NCBI RefSeq assembly: GCF_006345805.1
Contig: NW_021835248.1
Span: 1-41,949 of the forward strand
Direction: 5' to 3'
Source: Octopus sinensis
Taxonomy: Eukaryota
Length of the DNA stretch: 41,949 nucleotides
The notes beneath the pieces are model-generated. The model had not been told where the DNA came from. It saw only the letters and a list, made by a program, of their open reading frames with translations, and searched no databases. Within the stretch, counting starts at the first letter, position 1. Every line of letters starts with the position of its first letter. Positions 34,152 through 41,949 of the stretch are shown here, piece after piece. A program made the translations under genes and the position numbers.

Positions 34152-35199
34152 AACACACACACGCATTCACATACGCATATACACACATGATTAAATAATT
34201 AAGCACATGGGCATAAAAAATGTTGAAAAAATAGTACTCGAAAGCGAAAGGTAGAGTAAATATTATTTTATTAATGCTGAAAAAATCTTCACAAACTGTT
34301 ACTCAGAGTTTCGTCCGACTGTTTCTATAACCACTACTGTCTAATGATACACACAGACGCAGGCGCGCGCGCACACACACGTGTATGTGTATATGTGGGC
34401 ATATAGAGAAATTTAGTTATATACATATGCATATATATATATATATACACATGCACACACCCATATGTATGTATGTAGACTAATTATTGGATAGATGATT
34501 AGAAATCTACAAAGCTAAACACACTTTGAGATATATCCTTTCATTTGTTTTTGATATCTTTAAATATTTTAGAAAATATACGTGAAAGGAAAGAGAGAAT
34601 ATGTGTGGTGTGTGTGCGTTAGAGAGAGAGAGAGAGAGAGAGGGGGGGAGAGAGTGTAAATATACGAACAAATGTCCTCCCCACCCCTAACCCTATCAAA
34701 ACATCGATTACAGCCGAGATAAGTGATGTTGCCCAATGTATTATTGTCAACACCCATTGAAAAATCTTGCTTAAGTGCTTGACAAATGCCGTACAAAAAA
34801 GCCAATATGGCAAATGCAAACAGAAGAGAGAAGAGGTTAACAACGAGATATTCACTTGGGCATGCGTAGCAATTTAGTTTTCATTTCCGGCGCCGCGCCC
34901 GTGTGCCGTTCCCGCTCGTTTCAGAGCTTCACCACCCAATCTATCGCTGCAATGTAACATCCGGTACACAAGTAATTGCGTGCATGTGTGTATGTGAGTG
35001 TGTGTGTGTGTGCATGTGTATGCGTGCACGCGCATATGTTTGAGTGTGTATGTGTGTGTGTGTATCAGTGTGTGCATGTGTGAGTGAGTAGGTGACATTT
35101 GTGAGTTACAGAGACACTCACCACCTCTATATAAAACAGCGATACACACAAACACACATGTAAGCGTTCGTAAATGGATGTATGTATGCATCTATTCAC

Positions 35200-35235
35200 A
35201 TACATGTACACACACCTGATATAATATATATATAT

Positions 35236-35281
<46 letters not shown>

Positions 35282-35350
35282 TTAAATGTATATATATTAT
35301 GTATATAAATATATATATATATATATAGATGTAAATGATATATATGTATG

Positions 35351-35391
<41 letters not shown>

Positions 35392-35466
35392 AATGTATAT
35401 ATATATATAATATATTATATATATGTAAATTATATATATTATGTATATATATATAATATATATATG

Positions 35467-35510
<44 letters not shown>

Positions 35511-35524
35511 AATGTATATATATG

Positions 35525-35567
<43 letters not shown>

Positions 35568-35590
35568 GTATATACATATATATAAACATA
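35200..35590. repeat. AT-rich (TA)n compound microsatellite
   Basis: Direct inspection. Confidence 0.92.
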
Positions 35591-35874
35591 CACACGCTTA
35601 TGTGACACACATATGTACGCAAATAAGTGTGTGTGTGTGTGTGTATGTGCTTGCGCGCATGTGTATATGTTTTTGTGTGTGCATTTGTGCGTGTGTGTGT
35701 GTGTTTATATGGCGGCGAAGTGTCAGAATCATCGTTACAGTATCGAATAGAATACCTTGTGGTATGCTGTCTACCTGAATTCTGATCCCTCTGATGTCAA
35801 CTTGACTTCTCGTCCTTCCAAGCTCTATAAATAAAGCACCAGGAATATACCGAGGACAATTCTTCTGATTGTCT

Positions 35875-36044
35875 GTCTGTGTGTCGGTTTGTCCCTCTCT
35901 CTGTCTCTGTCTGTGTGTCGGTTTGTCCCTCTGTCTGTCTCTGTCTGTGTGTCGGTTTGTCCCTCTGTCTATCTCTGTCTGTGTGTCGGTTTGTCCCTCT
36001 GTCTGTCTCTGTCTGTGTGTCGGTTTGTCCCTCTGTCTGTCTCT
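35875..36044. repeat. 34-bp minisatellite, 5 copies
   Basis: Marker TCGGTTTGTCCCT occurs at 35884, 35918, 35952, 35986 and 36020. Confidence 0.92.
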
Positions 36045-36450
36045 GTCTGTCTCTCTCTCTATGTGCTCACCACTCTCTTTCTGATTATGTTTCCTCCTGA
36101 GAAATATGGTGAAGAACCACCACAGACTACTCACAGCGTTTGTTTCACCAGACATGAAAGCTTTAGTGAGGATTTCTTTTCTCAACCATCCAAAACCCTG
36201 TTCAGTTCCCTTCGTAAACCAGAACAGAATATGGCATAATGGCGAGCTCGATATATACTCCATCTACAAAAGGGAGTATTGAGTGGAGTTCGCTGATGGA
36301 AATCAGGAAATGTCGGAACAACGCACGGAGATAGTCCAACCCGAACCGCCAACATCTGGCATCCAACATTTTAACGGGGATCTTTATTAATCCCCAAAAT
36401 TACAAAAATTTCTTTTAAAATATATTTTAGATATATTACAATATAACATG

Positions 36451-36521
<71 letters not shown>

Positions 36522-36540
36522 CATAGAACATATTTGAAAC

Positions 36541-36721
36541 CGACAACATATCTGACAGGGAGAGCTACAAAAAATTCCACTAAGTAAACATTTAGAAACA
36601 TGTGGAGAAGGAAGATGCAAGATCTTTCCCTTCTATAAATGCCCAAGGAATGACACCTTCTTCAGAAAAAAATATGGAACAACACTTCATCGCAAATTTC
36701 TCCCCCAAACTGAACGACTGA
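36541..36721 (+). mobile_element. Penelope-like GIY-YIG endonuclease C-terminal remnant
   Basis: Reads RQHI...KIPLSKHLETCGEGRCKIFPFYKC...FRKK/MEQHFIANFSPKLND*, with one stop and one frameshift. Confidence 0.68.
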
Positions 36722-37739
36722 AAATATGAAAATCACATCAACTTCCTTATAAACCCATCTGGAACCCTAAGATATATTATATATATATATATATGTATGT
36801 GTGTGGTGTGTGTGTGTGTGTTGTGGTGTGTGTGTGTTGTGTGTGTGTGTGGTGTGTGTGTGTGTAATACATATATAAAACATTCTTGCATCCAGATTTT
36901 CCAACCCATACCAGCATGGGAATCAAGCATTGGACAATGATGATGATGGTAATAAGTCCAGACAATTCTTTGAAAAATAGACCCCACCCCGTTAGAGTAA
37001 CCACCTGGTCTTGCCATTTTTACAGACCAAGAATCAACTTGTCATCTTCTATTGAAATAACTGACCAACTGTATAGATATAAACACATTTTTCTTCTTTC
37101 TTTTTTTCTTCCTTTCTTTCCTCTTTTCCATTGACGTTAAAAAAAATACAACACATTTTTTCACTTTGAAAACATTTTTCTTTCAGATCCCCTGGTGAGC
37201 TGGCTGAACCAAAGTAAGCATCTGTTCTAGCCACCTACTTAAAAATATATATTCTTTTTCTTTGTCTCTTGTTCAAAACGCTTCCTTTCAGATACACAGG
37301 CACACACAAGCACGCACACACACACTCTCTCTCTCTCACACACTTTCTCCCTCCAGTATCTCACTCTTTTCTTACCCTATACACTCGACATTACTCTTCT
37401 TTCCCCTCTCTCTCCCCAACCCAACCCATTCACTAATACTATAAAAAGCGACAAATCCCTTCACAAAATTTAAATCTGAAGAATCTATTAGAGTAGATGA
37501 AAGCACTTATATGTGATTTGTAAAAATATATGACATATTAATAAATATTTGTATATGTTCAACCATCCAGTTCTCTGAATATCTTTTTTTTTCTAGTACA
37601 TATACCTGTACAACACTTTTCCAAACCTTCTTATATTATATATATATAATATATATATTATATACTATATACACATACATATATATAATATATACATGTA
37701 TGTATGTACCTATCTAACTATCAATCTATACTTTGGTAC

Positions 37740-38952
37740 TTTGATAGGTTTCGGCCAGTATTGGCCCAGACCATGTCTAACTTAATAGCACCACCTGGCG
37801 AAGTCATTCAAATCAGGAATCGGACAGAATGGCCCACTCGAGTAGAGTGTTATTGTTTACGGAGACATATCCGGGTGTGGGAGGTTTATCCGGGATTTCT
37901 TGAAGGAATTCGCCCCCAAAGACTTCTTGAACTTTATGGAATCCCTTTCCGCTTTAATGTGTTTTGTGTAATGTTAAAGAGAGCGGGGCCCATTGAGGTG
38001 AAATAATTGTGCCGTATGGCTGTTATGTGATGCGAGTATGATTTATGTTGCGAGTGGATAACACGTCTCGGGTGTATCTTAAAGGTGATGCCAGCATCAT
38101 TTAGGCAATGCTGATGGAATGTTTTCCACATCATGCAGATGATGTAGCGCTCATGGCGGCGTTGGAGAGAATAAAGCTTGAGCTTTTCTAGCCGTCCCCA
38201 ATAGTCAAGGCCTGTTATGCCATATATCTTTTTTGTAATTGACCTTTGAGATACTTCAGCTTTCATGACACTTTGTTTCGTGTGGGGAGACCACAGTGGA
38301 CAACAATATTCAAGGTGTGGTCGGGTAAAAATGGAGAAGAGAAGGATAATGGTGTGGATGTTAAAGGCGGCGAGCTGGCAGAAACGTTAGCACGCCGGGC
38401 GAAATGCTTAGCGGTATTTCGTCTGCCGTTACGTTCTGAGTTCAAATTCCGCCGAGGTCGACTTTGCCTTTCATCCTTTCGGGGTCGATTAAATAAGTAC
38501 CAGTTACGCACTGGGGTCAATATAATCGATTTAATCCGTTTGTCTGTCTTTGTTTGTCCTCTCTGTCTTTGTCCTTTACTACTCTTGTGGGTAGTAAAGA
38601 AATAGGTGTGGATATCTCTCGACTGGAAAGTTCTGAGAATCCAGGAACACATTCTGCGAGCCATGTCAACTTTGCTGCTTATATGAGCGGCCCAGCTTAT
38701 GTTGTTGTCCACAATTACTCCCAAATCTCTGATGTTGTTGGAAGCCATAAGAGTTTCACATGAAGGAAAGGAGTATGGGAGTTTCAGGGTATCCTCTTTT
38801 CCGAAGTGGATTAACTCAAATTTGTCCTCGTTCAGTAGCATATTATTCTTTCCCGCCCATTGGATGACAGCCAGTAGATCTGTCTGAAGCCATGCCCGGT
38901 CACCCACTTCATTGATGTAGATGATGAAAAGAAGTGGGCCCAACACAGTGCC

Positions 38953-38955
<3 letters not shown>
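37740..38955 (-). mobile_element. CR1-clade LINE 3' part, interrupted by a SINE
   Basis: Reads QGTVLGPLLFIIYIN, LNEDKFELIHFG, RDLGVIVDNN.SW..HI, PHLEYCCPLWSP and RLEKLKLYSLQRR.ERY. Confidence 0.88.
38362..38604 (+). mobile_element. SINE family B nested in CR1
   Basis: Well-preserved copy; probable TSD GGTGTGGAT at 38351-38359 and 38605-38613. Confidence 0.9.
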
Positions 38956-39007
<52 letters not shown>

Positions 39008-39277
39008 CACACATATATATAATATATATGTATGTGTATATATATATGTACGTATGTGTATATATATATTTTTATATATATCTGTTTGTATATATATTAT
39101 ATGTATAGTATGTAAACATATTATATATATTTATAAGTATAATGTATAATTATATATATATATCATATATATGAGTGTATATATATTAAACTGTTTCTTT
39201 TGGTATATATGTGCATTTGATTGTATGTATGCACATATGCATGCATTAATTCTCTCCCACTATCACACTCACACACA

Positions 39278-39349
<72 letters not shown>

Positions 39350-39927
39350 TACGTGCGTGCGCGTGTGTATGTATTTTCCCTGCTTCTATCTTCTCACTTA
39401 AATCTGGAACTTCACTTTATAAATCTCTCGTTTTGTTCCCTTTTCCAAAAACCATTTTTTTGAAAGAAAAAAAAATTGAAAAAAAAAGGAACCATTTTTT
39501 ATATGGAATATTCAGACTTATGCCTGTTTCTATGGATTATCGTAGACTTATAATTGTTTCTGTAGAATATTCTAGACTTCTATAATTTTTCTGAACTTCG
39601 TTCATTTAGTTTTTATCTTTCTAAATCCATTTTCTTTTTGTTTCTGCAAAACATTTCAGATTTACCTATGGTTCGTTTCAGGCAACCGAATACAAATAAA
39701 TTGGCTATGAACTTTAGTGTGTCGATGTTACTCTAACTCTGCTTGATATTGTTATATTCTATATTGAGGATTCGATTCTTGATTAAAAAAAAAAAGGGAA
39801 TAAATAGTCCCGTTTTATTTCTTTGCTAGACCTTCGATTCTAATAAATATTTTTCAGCAATTCTGTTGCATAGTATATCATGTGTGTGTGTGTGTATGTG
39901 CGCGCACGCACGCACACACACACACAC

Positions 39928-39974
<47 letters not shown>

Positions 39975-40659
39975 CTCTCTCTCTCTCTCATATGCATTTG
40001 TAGTGTAATATATGGATTAATAGAATTGTGTGGCTCTCATAGAAAGCTCCTATTGTGGACTCGGCTAGCAGACTACATATCAATCAAACACAAGAGAGTA
40101 TAATGCAGAGTACTATGCAGCTGAAATCCAATCAATGAGATAAAAGCAGAAATCTCTGAGATTGAAATAAGATGTGATCTCACAATCACTGGATATTATC
40201 TTGGGATTTACTTTTTTTACTATTTTTTAAACTATTTTTTATTATTTTAGTTTACTTTTTTACTTGTTTAATTCTTGCCATTATGGAGTCTCTAATGAAG
40301 CTCTGGGGTTCAATTTTGTTCCAATTTTCGTTCAATTTTTGTACGATCTTTGTATAATCTTGGTATGAGGTGTCAAATTTAGGATGCTGGATCTCCAAAG
40401 ATTAAAACAGTTGTAAGAGTAGAGTTGTATTCACTCATTTATTTATTCATACAATTGTAATTAATAAATAGATCCAGATGATGTTTGTACGCTAATGTTT
40501 GTCAAATGATTATCTTCTCCGTTTTCCTCCTTGCCTTATAAATTCTGGTTAAACTTTTGTTTACCGCCAAACATTCAATTGCCTTACAACAGTAATATAG
40601 GTATACATCCAGTAGTATATTGGATATTTTTTATTCCTTAGATAGTTGTCTAACCTCTA

Positions 40660-40689
40660 ATTCTATATATATATATATATATATATATC

Positions 40690-40740
<51 letters not shown>

Positions 40741-41117
40741 GGTATGTATGTATATATATATATGTATATATTTGTGTGTGTATATATATGTATATATATA
40801 TATGTGTGTGTATTATATATATGTATATATATATATGTATATATATATGTGTGTGTATATATATATATGTATATATATATGTGTGTGTATATATATATGT
40901 ATATATATATATGTATCGATATATATATGTATATATATGTATATATATATGTATATATGTATATATTTATATATATATATGTGTGTGTATATATATATCT
41001 ATATATGTATATATATGTATATATATGTATATATATATGTATATATATGTACATATATATATGCATATATATATATATATATATATATGTACATGTATAT
41101 ATATGTACATATATATG
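40660..41117. repeat. (TA)n/(TATG)n compound microsatellite
   Basis: Direct inspection. Confidence 0.93.
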
Positions 41118-41118
41118 T

Positions 41119-41911
41119 CTCATGAGGATAAGTGAAATACTGAACGAACAGTTGCAAAATGTGTTCACTACACCTCTAGGACACAGGAAAGTAAACAAAC
41201 TAGAAGAATTCTTTGCCGCTTTACCTGTAGTCAAAGAGGCAAAAATTGAGTACATTAACATTGAAGATGATGATGCCACACTGGCCATGGATGAGATTGA
41301 CACAAACTCAGCTGCTGGACCTGATGGATTTCCAGCGATCCTTCTCAAATCGTGCAAAGGAACCCTTGCAAAACCGTTACAGCTTCTTTTTCAGAGCTCT
41401 CTTGCAAGTGGCAAGCTCCCAGTCAAATTGAAAGAAGGGATAATATGCCCTATCCATAAAGGAGGAAGCAAAGTAGAAGCTAAAAATTATAGGCCTATCT
41501 CTCTGACCTCACACATCAGCAAAGTCATGGAACGAATAGTCCGCAAGAAACTAATCATCTTCCTTGAAGAAAATGACTTGCTGACTGACACCCAGCATAT
41601 ATTTCGTCCAGGTAGAAGCTGTCTGACAGAGCTCCTGCAACACTATGACCGGGTGTTAAAACAGCTACTAAATGACTCAAGTGTGGATGTGATAAGATCT
41701 CGACTTTGCAAAATCCTTTTATAAAGTCGACCATGGTTTGATTTGTCACAAACTGCGTGATCTCGGCATAGGCGGAAAACTTGGAGAGTGGCTGCACAAC
41801 TTCCTAAAAGGTAGAAGGCAGGCAGTGGTAGCCAATGGAGCCACCTCCAAGGAAACACAAATGACAAGTGGTGTTCCACAGGGCACTTTTTGGGGGCCAC
41901 AGCTATTCATA
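41119..41911 (+). mobile_element. CR1-clade LINE RT, N-terminal half
   Basis: Reads [56 protein letters not shown] and GVPQGT..GP.LF. Confidence 0.9.
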
Positions 41912-41949
41912 GAAGACACTTGCCCAAGATGCCACGCAGTGGGACTGAA
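41909..41949 (-). mobile_element. SINE family A fragment at the window edge
   Basis: 'atagaagacacttgcccaagatgccacgcagtgggactgaa' matches the sequence near 11500-11540 and 32577-32616. Confidence 0.8.

Noticed and set aside
34290-34340. GAAACTCTGAGTA on the minus strand resembles hammerhead stem III plus a GUA triplet
   Set aside because: There is no upstream CUGANGA or stem II; it is only a fragment.
35875-36044. Regularly spaced repeats as a CRISPR-like array (also 23100-23360)
   Set aside because: Units are contiguous with no unique spacers, the context is eukaryotic, and there are no cas genes.
37187-37213. Plus-strand 27-nt segment with a good acceptor and GTAAGC donor
   Set aside because: No partner exons or protein similarity; it resembles a decayed SINE segment, and such matches are expected by chance.
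37740-41911. Plus-strand CR1 N-half and minus-strand CR1 C-half meet at the same QGT..GP.LF motif, in twin-priming (5' inversion) geometry
   Set aside because: The overlapping 33 nt differ at 9 positions and 2.1 kb of unrelated sequence lies between them, so they are more likely independent insertions of different subfamilies.
31880-41949. Searched for the next upstream VMAT exon (expected ...LLKDPYILIAAG)
   Set aside because: No matching minus-strand exon with splice sites was found by eye; it probably lies beyond the window.

Overview
This is repeat-dense eukaryotic genomic DNA, most consistent with an octopus or other coleoid cephalopod. That assignment is inferred from the SINE families and the extreme microsatellite load. 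The only host gene I can support is the 3' part of a vesicular monoamine transporter (VMAT, SLC18A1/2-like) on the minus strand. It has eight coding exons (31784-31879, 30464-30542, 8789-8840, 6939-7002, 5959-6078, 5375-5420, 3492-3579, 233-328). All have GT-AG boundaries, and they splice in frame into roughly TM7-TM12 plus the cytoplasmic tail. I could not find the upstream exons; they probably lie beyond 41949. The introns (one is 21.6 kb) contain tRNA-derived SINEs and decayed LINEs (RTE, CR1, L1/Tx1, R4/Dong-like). They also contain Penelope-like fragments, two non-autonomous Helitrons, four copies of a ~410-476 bp MITE with 8-bp TSDs, and many simple repeats. Almost all long ORFs in the supplied track are microsatellite artefacts. 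I cannot prove a new biological system from sequence alone. The best leads are: (i) an inverted pair of hammerhead-ribozyme-like motifs in the last VMAT intron and a second minimal hammerhead-like motif, both sense to the pre-mRNA; (ii) a perfect competing splice donor inside a 46-nt VMAT exon that would give an NMD-escaping alternative C-terminus; (iii) a composite Helitron with a fully palindromic terminus; and (iv) a Merlin-like MITE family carrying telomere-type repeats.
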